Positions 8,834 through 18,722 are shown, counted from the first letter of the stretch. The stretch: 40,460 bases of DNA from Campylobacterota bacterium (GCA_034661055.1 JAYEKO010000058.1:1-40460), one strand, 5' to 3'. Notes: generated by a model from the sequence alone, not told the origin. Program-made: numbers and translations.

Positions 8834-10205
8834 TTAAGTCCATAATTTTTTCAAAACTTTTTTTACCAAAACCTTTAAGTTTTTTAAGTTCATCAATAAG
8901 TGTAAATGGAGTCTCTTCTCTCTTCTCAACTACCTGGTTTGCAGTCTTTTCACCCATTCCAGGAAGGGTTATCAACTCTTCTACAGAAGCACTGTTAATA
9001 GAGATTTTATTATCATCTTCTTCTATTTCTAGCTCTTTAGTATCAGTATCTTCAGTAGCTACAGCATAATCTTCAAACTCATTTTCATCCTGATCAGGCG
9101 CTGTTACAACTTTTGGTAAGTCTGACTCTTGAAGGGTCTGTAGCAAGAGGTCACTAATATCTGCACGATTAGATTCATCGGTAAGTTCCATATTAAAAGC
9201 ATCTTTTCGCTCAACAAAGAATGCACCATCAACCGATGGAAGTGCATCATGCTGTGAAAAATAGAGGTGACGAAGTGTACGAAGTACATTAGGGTCCATT
9301 TTTCCTAACTGCTCCCATGAGTAAAGAGGCACAAATGGTTTTCTGAATTTTCCATTTGAAATATCCCACATAATATACTGACATATCCAGTCACGAATGT
9401 ATGGAAATGCGGCAAATGCAGTAGCACACTCTAAAATATACGGCTTATTGGTTTTAGCACAAACAGCAATATCACATGCCCAGTATTCAGCTTTAGCTGC
9501 CTTAGAAGCTTTCACTGCAAGTTCTAAGATGTCCATTGAGACATTCTCATAACTCATACTACCACCTTGAGACGTGTTAGTAATCCACTCGCCTGTTCCT
9601 GAATAGCGCCAAAAAGCACATACCGGTTTGTGACCAATTAGCATAACACGAACATCACCACTATCTTTTAGGTCAATAGCATCTTGTGTATAGATAGGAA
9701 CATATTTTTTCTCAGCAAAAAGTGCTGCTGCCTCTTTGTAGCTATCTACTTTATGAACATAATAACCACCGTAGTTAGAAGGACCATAACTACGCTTTAC
9801 AATTTGTGGGTACTTAGCTTTTTTAAGATAATTATCACCCTCTTTTTTATCATAAAAAATCTCTGTTCTTGGAATAGCAATGTCATATTTTTTACAAAAA
9901 CGAGTAACGTTCTCTTTTGACTTATTTGAGTATTGCGTCTCAACTGAAGGAATAAAACGGACATTAGGAAGTGCTGCAGCAATCTCTCTGAATGTATCAT
10001 AAGCGGTTGCAGGGATATTTCCTACAAGTACTTCAATTTTTTTTCTTTTTACCTCTTTGATAAATCGATCTTTATCTTTTCCCCAGTGATAAGTCACTAC
10101 CTCAATCTTATCTGGCCAACCTCTAAAGTTACTTTTATCAAAAAACCGTAGAACATAATCTAAATATAGTAAACCGACTTTTGGTAGTTTTTTTTGTGAT
10201 GACAA
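8823..10205 (-). CDS. RimK-like ATP-grasp protein with acidic linker and C-terminal ComEA-type helix-hairpin-helix domain
   Basis: IVKRSYG, GDVRVMLIG, WITNTSQGG, WACDIAV, YILEC; C-terminal ISINSASVEELITLPGMGEKTA...LKGFGKK. Confidence 0.85.
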   Translation of the reverse strand: MSSQKKLPKVGLLYLDYVLRFFDKSNFRGWPDKIEVVTYHWGKDKDRFIKEVKRKKIEVLVGNIPATAYDTFREIAAALPNVRFIPSVETQYSNKSKENVTRFCKKYDIAIPRTEIFYDKKEGDNYLKKAKYPQIVKRSYGPSNYGGYYVHKVDSYKEAAALFAEKKYVPIYTQDAIDLKDSGDVRVMLIGHKPVCAFWRYSGTGEWITNTSQGGSMSYENVSMDILELAVKASKAAKAEYWACDIAVCAKTNKPYILECATAFAAFPYIRDWICQYIMWDISNGKFRKPFVPLYSWEQLGKMDPNVLRTLRHLYFSQHDALPSVDGAFFVERKDAFNMELTDESNRADISDLLLQTLQESDLPKVVTAPDQDENEFEDYAVATEDTDTKELEIEEDDNKISINSASVEELITLPGMGEKTANQVVEKREETPFTLIDELKKLKGFGKKSFEKIMDLIKV

Positions 10206-10327
10206 CGCTAAATCCTTAATTAATTTTGCGGATTATAGCTTAAAAAACTGAAAATAAAGTTATATTTGTAACAATTTGTAATCTTTTTTAAAATATATGT
10301 AATGTTTTACCACATTGTAAGCATTTT

Positions 10328-10948
10328 TTAAGATAAAGAGTAATCCATGAGCTCTTGAGCAGTTAGTCCATTATCAGGGTAGAAACTGGTATTTATGTTC
10401 ATCTCAACAACAATTACATCTCCATCAATCATAATAGGTTTGTCAATGACTGCGTTTAATTTATCGACCACTTCAAAAAAGTATTTTTCCTCTTCTATAT
10501 CTCTTGGTATCACCGCGAAAGAGTCATCTCCAATATGTGCGATAATATCAGATGTTCTTAAAGTATCGCGCAGCCTTTTGACAATCTCTATAAGAACACT
10601 CTGTGCAACCGTCTCCCCATACGAATCTTGTAGTGTATCAAACTGTCGCATTTGCATATAGATAATATGAACATGTTGAGCATTTCTACTAGCATACGCT
10701 ATGACCTGTTCTAAATTTTCTAAAAAAAGATGCTCATTAGGAAGCCCTGTAACTTCATTATGCAATGATGAGTAGATAGGCTTACTTGAAGCAGTAAACA
10801 CAATATATAATAGTACAGCAATCACTGCGGAGACTAGCCATATTAAGTATTTGTATAGATTCGCATAGTGTTCAAAGAGGTACCCCCCAAGCGCAACAAT
10901 AAGAATAGATGCCACTAAAACCAATAGGCCAACAATTAATTTATTCAT
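10328..10948 (-). CDS. Two-TM membrane protein with a degenerate GGDEF domain
   Basis: VTGLPNE, RTSD I-site, active-site motif IGDDSF, metal-binding DxD replaced by QMR. Confidence 0.8.
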   Translation of the reverse strand: MNKLIVGLLVLVASILIVALGGYLFEHYANLYKYLIWLVSAVIAVLLYIVFTASSKPIYSSLHNEVTGLPNEHLFLENLEQVIAYASRNAQHVHIIYMQMRQFDTLQDSYGETVAQSVLIEIVKRLRDTLRTSDIIAHIGDDSFAVIPRDIEEEKYFFEVVDKLNAVIDKPIMIDGDVIVVEMNINTSFYPDNGLTAQELMDYSLS

Positions 10949-10997
10949 GCTCTTCTCCTTTAATGAAAGGTCATTTTCTCTTATTATATCAAAAAGA

Positions 10998-12152
10998 TCA
11001 ATAATTTAAAGGAATAGCTCTTCCGAAAGGGACATCACAAATTGCTGGTGTCACCCATATTGTCTCATAGTTTGGCGCTTCTAATGGAAAGGTGCCTTGA
11101 GTATCTGAGAAATACAGAAGCAAATTGCACACTAACATCCCTTTTTCAATCTGCTCAAAGACCGGACGAAAATCGGTTGCTCCCCCACCTTTAATTGTCA
11201 CATTAAGCATCTCTCCACTGCAATAGGTTTCATGAGAGCGAATCTTGCTGTCACAGACAAAAAGTTCAACCTCATGTTGCGGATAGAGCATCATCAACGA
11301 CTCTACCTCGGCAATAAACTGTGAAAGAAGCTCTTCATCTACTGAACCAGAACTGTCTATGGCGATGGCAAGCCGTAACATCTCTGAATTTAAAGAGGGA
11401 AGATATATTCCGCTGTAAAGTAGTTTTTTAGATGGAGGAACTTGAGTGTAATCACTACGAAAATGCTTCTCAATAGCACTATGTAGCTCATGTCGCCAAT
11501 CAATTTTCCCCATATAGGATATATCTACAAACCGTTCAATCCCCAAAGGGAGTTCATCGCCCTCCAATGCTTGCTGTGTCGCCTTATCTAAATGCTGTTG
11601 CCACTGCTCCTCTTTGGTAACATTATCTACTTCCATTTCAGGACGATTCTTCTCTTTAGCATCATTTTGATTTGGCTCATGCATCTGCTGCTGCTGACGC
11701 TTGTTCTCTTCGTTAAAGCCTGTATCATTAGACTCGTCATCATACTCTTCGTTTTGAATCTCATCTTTTAAAACTGCATAAATCTCTTCAGCATACATCC
11801 CATCAAAGCGTGGCTGATAATTAATGTACTTAGGCTCACTCATCCCATTTTCAATCAGCATAGAATTAATAGCGTGATCACTGGCAAGCTGCCAGAGCCA
11901 ACTTAGGCGTTCATTGCGACGGTTTTCATGACTTAAGGCTGCGTGTAAAGCTCCATTAGACAGAGCAAAGCCAAGCTCATCATCGCTGAGTTCATTAATG
12001 TAGTCACTGTTGTACTGAAATATGACTCCGTCACTGATGAAAGCTTGAATATTTTGTGACTCTCTTAACTCTAAGCGTGAGGCTAAATTTCCAAAGTAAG
12101 GATACTCTACTAAAAGTTTTGCTTTAGCTTTAGAAATTTTTGCAACTGTCAT
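10998..12152 (-). CDS. DUF2201-type protein: N-terminal metallopeptidase-like domain plus C-terminal VWA domain
   Basis: PYFGNL, ALHAALSH, WQLASDHAIN; MIDAS motif AIDSSGS and GGGATDFRPVF. Confidence 0.88.
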   Translation of the reverse strand: MTVAKISKAKAKLLVEYPYFGNLASRLELRESQNIQAFISDGVIFQYNSDYINELSDDELGFALSNGALHAALSHENRRNERLSWLWQLASDHAINSMLIENGMSEPKYINYQPRFDGMYAEEIYAVLKDEIQNEEYDDESNDTGFNEENKRQQQQMHEPNQNDAKEKNRPEMEVDNVTKEEQWQQHLDKATQQALEGDELPLGIERFVDISYMGKIDWRHELHSAIEKHFRSDYTQVPPSKKLLYSGIYLPSLNSEMLRLAIAIDSSGSVDEELLSQFIAEVESLMMLYPQHEVELFVCDSKIRSHETYCSGEMLNVTIKGGGATDFRPVFEQIEKGMLVCNLLLYFSDTQGTFPLEAPNYETIWVTPAICDVPFGRAIPLNY

Positions 12153-12155
12153 AGT

Positions 12156-13151
12156 CTATTCCAAAAGATAAGCAAATTTTGTCACCCAAGCAGTAAAATT
12201 TTCAGATTGCTCCATGTTGACACCACTTCGTTGCAAATCCTGCACCATCAGTACAGCAAACTCACTCTGCATATTAAGTGAATAGCCAAGTAAGTTTTCC
12301 AGAGCTTCCCCACTCTCATTGCGCATATAGGAACTGACTAAACCAGAAGTAAGGGCATAAAGCACTTCAACATCATCAGTATATTCTGCCTCACCCTCTT
12401 TTAAAATCCTCTCAATACTAGGCAACTCTTTTGCTACACTTATAAAACTCAAAAAATCAACCGCTCGTTCTCGACCAATAGCCCCTGAAATAGTTTCTAA
12501 AAGCAGTTCAGCACTTAAATTTGAACACAACACTTTATGAACAAACTCCCAACTTCGAGGTGTTGCAAAACTTTTCTCATTTAAAAGTGGATCAAAACTA
12601 AACAGCTCCTCATGTTTATAAGAGATATAAGCAATAATACGTTCGTCAATTCCTTTAGCAAATGCCCAATCTCGCCAATCATTTACATGTATATCCATCT
12701 CTAAGTGAACGAAACGATTTGCCAATGGTGCACTCATTTTATAAACAATACCCCTGTCACCCTCACGGTTTCCTGCAGCTACAATAGCCCATCCTTTTGG
12801 CAGTTCATACTCCCCCACTTTTCTATCTAAAATAAGCTGATATGCTGAAGCTTGAACTGATGGTGGAGCAGAATTAAGCTCATCTAAAAACAAAATACCA
12901 CTTCCCTCACGTGGTAAAAATGCAGGAGGCGCCCACAAAGCTCTATGCTCATCAGAATCATAAAAAGGAATTCCTTTTAAATCAGTCGGGTCCATTAAAG
13001 AGAGCCGTAGGTCAATAAAGCCTATCTCTAAATCTTCAGATATTTGCTTGACAATAGAGGACTTTCCAATTCCAGGAGCGCCCCAGACAAATGTTGGAAT
13101 CTTCTCATCTATGAGGGCTCTAAGCGTATTGGTGAGTTGGGATGCTTTCAT
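12156..13151 (-). CDS. MoxR-like AAA+ ATPase
   Basis: Walker A GAPGIGKS, Walker B ILFLDE, DPTDLKGIP, AAGN, LANRF, ATPRSWE. Confidence 0.92.
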   Translation of the reverse strand: MKASQLTNTLRALIDEKIPTFVWGAPGIGKSSIVKQISEDLEIGFIDLRLSLMDPTDLKGIPFYDSDEHRALWAPPAFLPREGSGILFLDELNSAPPSVQASAYQLILDRKVGEYELPKGWAIVAAGNREGDRGIVYKMSAPLANRFVHLEMDIHVNDWRDWAFAKGIDERIIAYISYKHEELFSFDPLLNEKSFATPRSWEFVHKVLCSNLSAELLLETISGAIGRERAVDFLSFISVAKELPSIERILKEGEAEYTDDVEVLYALTSGLVSSYMRNESGEALENLLGYSLNMQSEFAVLMVQDLQRSGVNMEQSENFTAWVTKFAYLLE

Positions 13152-13154
13152 TAA

Positions 13155-14480
13155 TTACCTTTGGTATTTATCATTTAATGCTGGATTTTGACGTACAATA
13201 TTTTCAAGTCGAATATCTAAAAGAAATTCGTACAGAACCTCTAAGGGAGTAGCACTATTTTTCGCAAGTGCTGTTAATATTTCAATGTTGCTGCTTCGTG
13301 AGAGTTGTTTAATGTAGTGCTCGCCCAAATTTGTATTGGCTGCTAAATTTACATGTAAATCTTCATTAGTACAGAGCTTAGCTAAAATAGATGCTGGAGT
13401 ACTGCTATTACTCGCCAAACTTTGTAGCGCTTTTTCACTATTTAAGCTTACAATTTTTTCAGCTAACTTCAATGTCATCCTTCTATTTTTAGCTAAAGCC
13501 GTATAAATAGTACTTTTTTGCAGTAAAAACAGTCTCTCTATCATATCATCTAAAAGTGTTGGGTTTTGTGCTAAATACTCTGCGTTGATATCTTTAAAAC
13601 GCTTAAAAAGAAGCTCATTTAAATTTACATGTAAAATAATATCACTCTCATAATCACTTATTAAAGCACCAATAGCTTTTTGCGATAGACTGGCATTACA
13701 AGCGAGTGCTTGCTGTACCTCTTTATGTTTTGAGACTAATAGTACCTCTTGTAAATTTACATGTAAATCTTCTCGAGATGCTAAAAGAACTCCAACTTCA
13801 CAAGAACCATTTCTAGCAAACTTTAGCTGCTGTTGCTCATCTAAACAACTATGAGATGCGAGTGATTGAGCAATAACTTCTAAGAGCTCACTATCACTTT
13901 TTTTTAAAGATGAGGTCACAATTTTTAGCGATGCCAAGGTATTAATGAGTTCGCAGTTCTCACTTCTGTTAATAAGCTGTATGATTCCCAAGCTAATATG
14001 CTGAATATTATGATTGGCTTGCAAATCATCATAAAAACGCTCAATCAGTGATGTGCTTATATCACGATTCTCATCTGTATCAAAAAAGCCCTCATTTTTA
14101 AAGTCATAAATCTTAAGGAGTTTTAAAAAGAGGCTGTCTGGAATAAGTGGATTTTTTAAAAAACCACATAAACGTTGGGAGTCTTTACTTAACTTCAGAC
14201 TCATTAAAAGCTTCTTATCATCAATATAAGAACCAAGCTCTTTTTCTAGTGTGGCAACTCTAATAATAGGAATCTCTTTTTTAAAATAGAGTGTTTCAAG
14301 AAGGTCTTGTTCAAGAGGGTTCATTAACCCACCCTCAACAATAGCGACAACATCATCACTCATGCTCTTTATGCATACAATCTTGTGATTTGCCATCTGC
14401 TTATTAAACTCATCCATACTAAATGAACGACTTTTTCCTAGCATTAATACCGATCTGTTTTTAAGCTCTGTTAAGTTCAT
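13155..14480 (-). CDS. Protein with N-terminal BRCT-like domain and C-terminal LRV/HEAT-like helical repeats
   Basis: N-terminal SVLMLGKSRSFSMDEF...VVAIVEG...IPII; repeated LAxN(P/S)xTP units (LAQNPTL, LAKNRRM, LASNSSTP, LAANTNL, LAKNSATP); ATG 14480 chosen. Confidence 0.7.
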   Translation of the reverse strand: MNLTELKNRSVLMLGKSRSFSMDEFNKQMANHKIVCIKSMSDDVVAIVEGGLMNPLEQDLLETLYFKKEIPIIRVATLEKELGSYIDDKKLLMSLKLSKDSQRLCGFLKNPLIPDSLFLKLLKIYDFKNEGFFDTDENRDISTSLIERFYDDLQANHNIQHISLGIIQLINRSENCELINTLASLKIVTSSLKKSDSELLEVIAQSLASHSCLDEQQQLKFARNGSCEVGVLLASREDLHVNLQEVLLVSKHKEVQQALACNASLSQKAIGALISDYESDIILHVNLNELLFKRFKDINAEYLAQNPTLLDDMIERLFLLQKSTIYTALAKNRRMTLKLAEKIVSLNSEKALQSLASNSSTPASILAKLCTNEDLHVNLAANTNLGEHYIKQLSRSSNIEILTALAKNSATPLEVLYEFLLDIRLENIVRQNPALNDKYQR

Positions 14481-14571
14481 AGAAGAAGTATAGAGTAAAA
14501 ACTGCAATAATGTTATAAGCTAGTAAATTAGAATCAAGAGCTTAAGGATGAAATCAGGTAATTTATGAGGG

Positions 14572-15783
14572 CTAAAAGCTACCTAGCAAAATAACATTGA
14601 CACTCATGCCCTCATCTAAATTACCATCCTCTTCACCTGTAACCATCAGTGCTGCACCGTGAAGCATATTGGTTAAAATAGCACTGGTTCCTACTTTTTT
14701 ATCATCAAAATCAACCCAATATTTTCCATCTTCAAAGAGTATATTACATGCAGTAAATTCACTTTTTTTAGAACGTTTTTTAAACGGTTTTTTTAGGGTC
14801 GCTTCAACAACATTCAATGCACTCTCTAAGCCTAAAAATCGCTTAATCAGTGGAATAGCATATAAAATACATGTAACTGTAGAAGAGTAAGCAAATCCTG
14901 GTAGTGCAATAATAAATTTATTACCTTTTTGTGCCACCATAATATGCTGACCTGGCTTAATATTGACACCCTTGTAAATAACCTCAGCACCTAAACGGGG
15001 GATAATATCTTTTACAAAATCATAATCCCCAACACTCACGCCGCCCGTACTAATAATAATGTCAGCAGAATCAAGTGCATTCTCAAAGCCTTTCGTAATA
15101 GAAGCTCTATCATCACTGATAGTCCCCAACTGAATAGCATGTGCTCCTGCCATTTTAATTATGGCTTCAATAGTATAGTTATTAGTGCTTCGAATTTGAG
15201 ACTCATGGGTTGCCTTCTCTCCTAAGTCTAAAATTTCACTACCAGTAGAGACAATGGCAACACTTGGTTTTTGAGCAACATTCACCATAACATGATTTAA
15301 TCCTGCCATAACACCAATCTCAGCAAAACCTATGACCATACCTTTTTTAATAAGTATCTCGTCTTTAAAATAACTCTCACCAACAGGTCGAACACTTGAG
15401 CCAAAAGAGACACTCTCATCAATAATTATTGTATCACCATCAACAGTAACATTTTCAATTTGAATCAGTGTATCAGCACCATCTGGCATAACAGAACCAG
15501 TAAAGGTCTTAACGCACTCTCCATCACCTACGCTGAGTTTATTGTTGCTACCTGCAGGATTATCGCCTAACATTTTAATGCACCCACTCTCTAAGTCAGC
15601 ATGCTTAACGGCATAACCATCCATTGCAGAAGTTGGATACTTTGGAGCATTTTCGTCTGCAATAATATCTTCTGCTAGAACACGACCCAGCGCATCGCTT
15701 AAAAATATTTTTTCACTTCGTAGCATACCAACATCTAAAAGTTCAAGCAGGTTTTTTGACGCTTCATAAGAGATAAAAGCCAT
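14572..15783 (-). CDS. moeA: Molybdopterin molybdenumtransferase
   Basis: SAMDGYA, STGSE, TGGVSVGDYD, IKPG, ALPG motifs. Confidence 0.95.
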   Translation of the reverse strand: MAFISYEASKNLLELLDVGMLRSEKIFLSDALGRVLAEDIIADENAPKYPTSAMDGYAVKHADLESGCIKMLGDNPAGSNNKLSVGDGECVKTFTGSVMPDGADTLIQIENVTVDGDTIIIDESVSFGSSVRPVGESYFKDEILIKKGMVIGFAEIGVMAGLNHVMVNVAQKPSVAIVSTGSEILDLGEKATHESQIRSTNNYTIEAIIKMAGAHAIQLGTISDDRASITKGFENALDSADIIISTGGVSVGDYDFVKDIIPRLGAEVIYKGVNIKPGQHIMVAQKGNKFIIALPGFAYSSTVTCILYAIPLIKRFLGLESALNVVEATLKKPFKKRSKKSEFTACNILFEDGKYWVDFDDKKVGTSAILTNMLHGAALMVTGEEDGNLDEGMSVNVILLGSF

Positions 15784-16226
15784 TAGTTTCCTCCTAAAAG
15801 TCCACTACCTGCAATAGGAGTAGAACGATCTTCGGCATAAATACGTTTGCCATCTTTTAAGTCATATTTCCAAATTGGAGCACTCGCTTTAAAATCTTCT
15901 ACGAACTCGTCTATAAGCTCTAGTGCTACGCGACGTTTAGGAGAGAAAACTGCTGCAATATAAGAGGATTCATGAAGCATCACATCTCCGCGACTGTGTG
16001 CCATTTTAACAAGCCCACCCCGCTGTGCTGCTCGCTCTTGCCACGCCTCAAACCAGCTGTTTAAAATGGGATCGTAAATATCAAAACTTAGACCATCAAT
16101 GCCATCTTCACTTCGTACCGTACCAATAAAAGGGATATATGCTCCATAGTTGCTTGTCGCCTCGTCACGATACCAGCGAGCAGAAATCTCAGGAACATCA
16201 AGAGCATTATTATGAAGTTCTAACAC
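15783..16226 (-). CDS. moaE: Molybdopterin synthase catalytic subunit
   Basis: FIGTVR, AHSRG, FKASAPIWK; GTG 16226 with GGAGG RBS preferred over 16271. Confidence 0.93.
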   Translation of the reverse strand: MLELHNNALDVPEISARWYRDEATSNYGAYIPFIGTVRSEDGIDGLSFDIYDPILNSWFEAWQERAAQRGGLVKMAHSRGDVMLHESSYIAAVFSPKRRVALELIDEFVEDFKASAPIWKYDLKDGKRIYAEDRSTPIAGSGLLGGN

Positions 16227-16227
16227 A

Positions 16228-16449
16228 TTAACCTCCACAAACCGGTGGCAAAAGAGAGACTTTGTCACCATCTTTAAGCTCTGTATCTAGTGATGCTACT
16301 AAAGTATCATTTAGAGCTACTGCACAGTTATTTAACCATGATGCAAGCTCTTTATCCTCCGAGAGTTGATTAGCAACATCTTGCAGAGTACTCGCCTCCA
16401 ACTCCAGAGGAGGCTTGGAGATGGGGCCCAAAAATTCAATACGTACCAT
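16228..16449 (-). CDS. moaD: Molybdopterin synthase sulfur carrier subunit
   Basis: Ubiquitin-like size, C-terminal LLPPVCGG. Confidence 0.95.
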   Translation of the reverse strand: MVRIEFLGPISKPPLELEASTLQDVANQLSEDKELASWLNNCAVALNDTLVASLDTELKDGDKVSLLPPVCGG

Positions 16450-16505
16450 AAAAATTACCTAATAATAAATTAGGCTGATTATATCAAATTTTTACCCCAT
16501 TTGAG

Positions 16506-18605
16506 CTATCTTCTTAAACCTCTTGCTCGAGAAGATCCTCTGCTATGACCTCCAGAGAAACTTCCTCTTGAAAAGTTACTGCCTCGATTTCTGGACTCAA
16601 AACTTCTATTTAAACTATTCTGGCGTGATGTATTTGACGGTCGGCTTTTATCCCACCCAGAACTGCTTCGTTGCTGCCAGCTGTTATCGACCTTACGGTG
16701 AATACCACCATTTCTATCTGCATAGACATTATTACTGCGTTTCTGTTTTATATTGGAAGATTTAAATCTATTGCCAGCTCTATCTCTGCTGTTTTTTACT
16801 CGTGATTTATTAACTTTCGAATTATAAAGATTATTACGATGTCGTTGCTTTGCCTCTCTTGTGACAGGTCTGTTATTTCCATCAAGTCGTCCATGAATAT
16901 ATCCCCGTCGATATCCGTTATGATACCCTCTATGGTAACCGTGTCCGTAACGGTAAAATGGTGCCGGCCCCCAAAAACCGTGACCGTACCAACCACCGCC
17001 ACCAATCATAAAGGTAAATGGACCGGTACTATAACTCATTCCAAATCCCCAGCCATAGTAGGGACTCCATCGCACATGAAAACCCCATGTAACAGGACGT
17101 GGATAGTAATAGGTTCCGTACCACGGTTGATAGACATAACCCGTTCCGTAAACAATAGTTGTATTGTAGATGTAGGTATTGGTATATCCTGATGTGTAAC
17201 CTACATAGACAGTATCATCGGTTACCTTATAGACTTTTACAAAAGTTACATTGTATAGTGGAGAACTTGTAGGTATTGTGTAAATCTCTTCTGGTATAGA
17301 GGTCGCAACACTCCATACACCATAAGGGTTATTGGCAACAAACCAGATGGCATTATCGCAGGCATAATAGCGTTTATTGGCAAGAATAACAGGAGTCTGT
17401 GTATTGACAAGATAACTTAAACTTGTCCCATCAATTTTTTTATATTCCGGATCACCATCATAACTGACACTTAGAGTTGCAGTATTCCTATCGACACTCG
17501 CAGTTTGAGGAATTTGAGCATCTAAAACAGCATCTTTTGACTCTGATGTTCCAGAGACTGCATATAAAATATTACTCGAATCTGAGTCTGATGGTATTTG
17601 AGAAAAACCTTTAGGCAAGGCGGTAGATTTAATGTACTTCCAGCCTTTATGCAGATTTTTTGACTCAAACCATCGTCCTGCCAAAAGTAGATAGTACTGT
17701 TGCGTGCTAATCTGCATAAAGAGGTCACTCTCTGTATTACTGACATACATCAGACCTGTTTCACTAATAGGTGTAAACTCAGGTTTTCCATCACATGAGA
17801 TAAGCTCTGTGGGCTCTGTTACGACAACAATCTCAGGAGCAGCGCCAACCTCTAATGTATTATCGCTATCTTCTTCCTGCTCTTGTGACACCTTAGGCTG
17901 ATGTTTTGCTACCTCTTTAGGAACATTTTTATCGATTTTGTAGCCTGTCTTAACATCTGTTGAGCTATACCATACATTTTTATCTGCATTTAGATAGTAG
18001 GTACTATCAGCTGAATCCATAATGATGGTAAACGGGGTATTGATGACTCGAAATAGTTTACTTTTTTCTATGGGTTTAAGACGGGCTTCTCCATCAATGC
18101 TTATTAAGATAGAGGGTACCTCTGTAATAATAATATTGGGAGCATCTGTCTTAATATTAACTGACTGCTTTTTTTGCATATCTTTAATCTCAAGTGAACT
18201 TAGTAGTTTTTGGTAGGAGATATCAAGACTCCAGTGTGGCATCTTCTCTTTAATTAACTTCTGTAGTACGCTACTTCGATTATCTTTCTCATCTGGAAAA
18301 CGGAGCTTATCAAGTTTGAAATCACTCAGTTCAGCTCTATTTTCTGACTTATCAATATTAATCTGAGCACGAAACCATATGGCACCAAAAATCGGATTTT
18401 CCCTATCATTTGACTCTACAGAGATAGCAGCTAACGCTTTTAAAGTACTTCCACTTAAAGATTCAGGCTGTGGTTGATAAATAATTAGCTTATGCTTCTC
18501 AAGAGTTAGCTCTTTGGGCCAAACATCTTCATCTGCGTGCAGGTGAGACACAAAAACTACGATAAAAAATAGTAGCGCAAATAGACCTTTTTGAATAAAA
18601 CTCAT
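16506..18605 (-). CDS. Large secreted hypothetical protein with aromatic/Gly-rich segment and basic low-complexity C-terminus
   Basis: Signal peptide ending LHA-DED; YQPQ, DAQIPQTA, YGTGY motifs; GYxxGY repeats; Arg/Ser/Gly-rich tail; GAGGAG RBS. Confidence 0.8.
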   Translation of the reverse strand: MSFIQKGLFALLFFIVVFVSHLHADEDVWPKELTLEKHKLIIYQPQPESLSGSTLKALAAISVESNDRENPIFGAIWFRAQINIDKSENRAELSDFKLDKLRFPDEKDNRSSVLQKLIKEKMPHWSLDISYQKLLSSLEIKDMQKKQSVNIKTDAPNIIITEVPSILISIDGEARLKPIEKSKLFRVINTPFTIIMDSADSTYYLNADKNVWYSSTDVKTGYKIDKNVPKEVAKHQPKVSQEQEEDSDNTLEVGAAPEIVVVTEPTELISCDGKPEFTPISETGLMYVSNTESDLFMQISTQQYYLLLAGRWFESKNLHKGWKYIKSTALPKGFSQIPSDSDSSNILYAVSGTSESKDAVLDAQIPQTASVDRNTATLSVSYDGDPEYKKIDGTSLSYLVNTQTPVILANKRYYACDNAIWFVANNPYGVWSVATSIPEEIYTIPTSSPLYNVTFVKVYKVTDDTVYVGYTSGYTNTYIYNTTIVYGTGYVYQPWYGTYYYPRPVTWGFHVRWSPYYGWGFGMSYSTGPFTFMIGGGGWYGHGFWGPAPFYRYGHGYHRGYHNGYRRGYIHGRLDGNNRPVTREAKQRHRNNLYNSKVNKSRVKNSRDRAGNRFKSSNIKQKRSNNVYADRNGGIHRKVDNSWQQRSSSGWDKSRPSNTSRQNSLNRSFESRNRGSNFSRGSFSGGHSRGSSRARGLRR

Positions 18606-18722
18606 AAAAACTCCTCATAATATCTGTTATTATTGAGGGGTATTGTAGTCTTTTTAGCTTAACAGTTACGAAAATTTTAGTCTAAGCTCGGTACAATTGC
18701 ACATTAAAATCTGGAGCTATCA

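Noticed and set aside
13345..13772. Repeated 15-21 nt units as a possible CRISPR array
   Set aside because: Spacing is irregular (276 and 132 nt), the units are too short, they lie inside an intact ORF, and there are no cas genes
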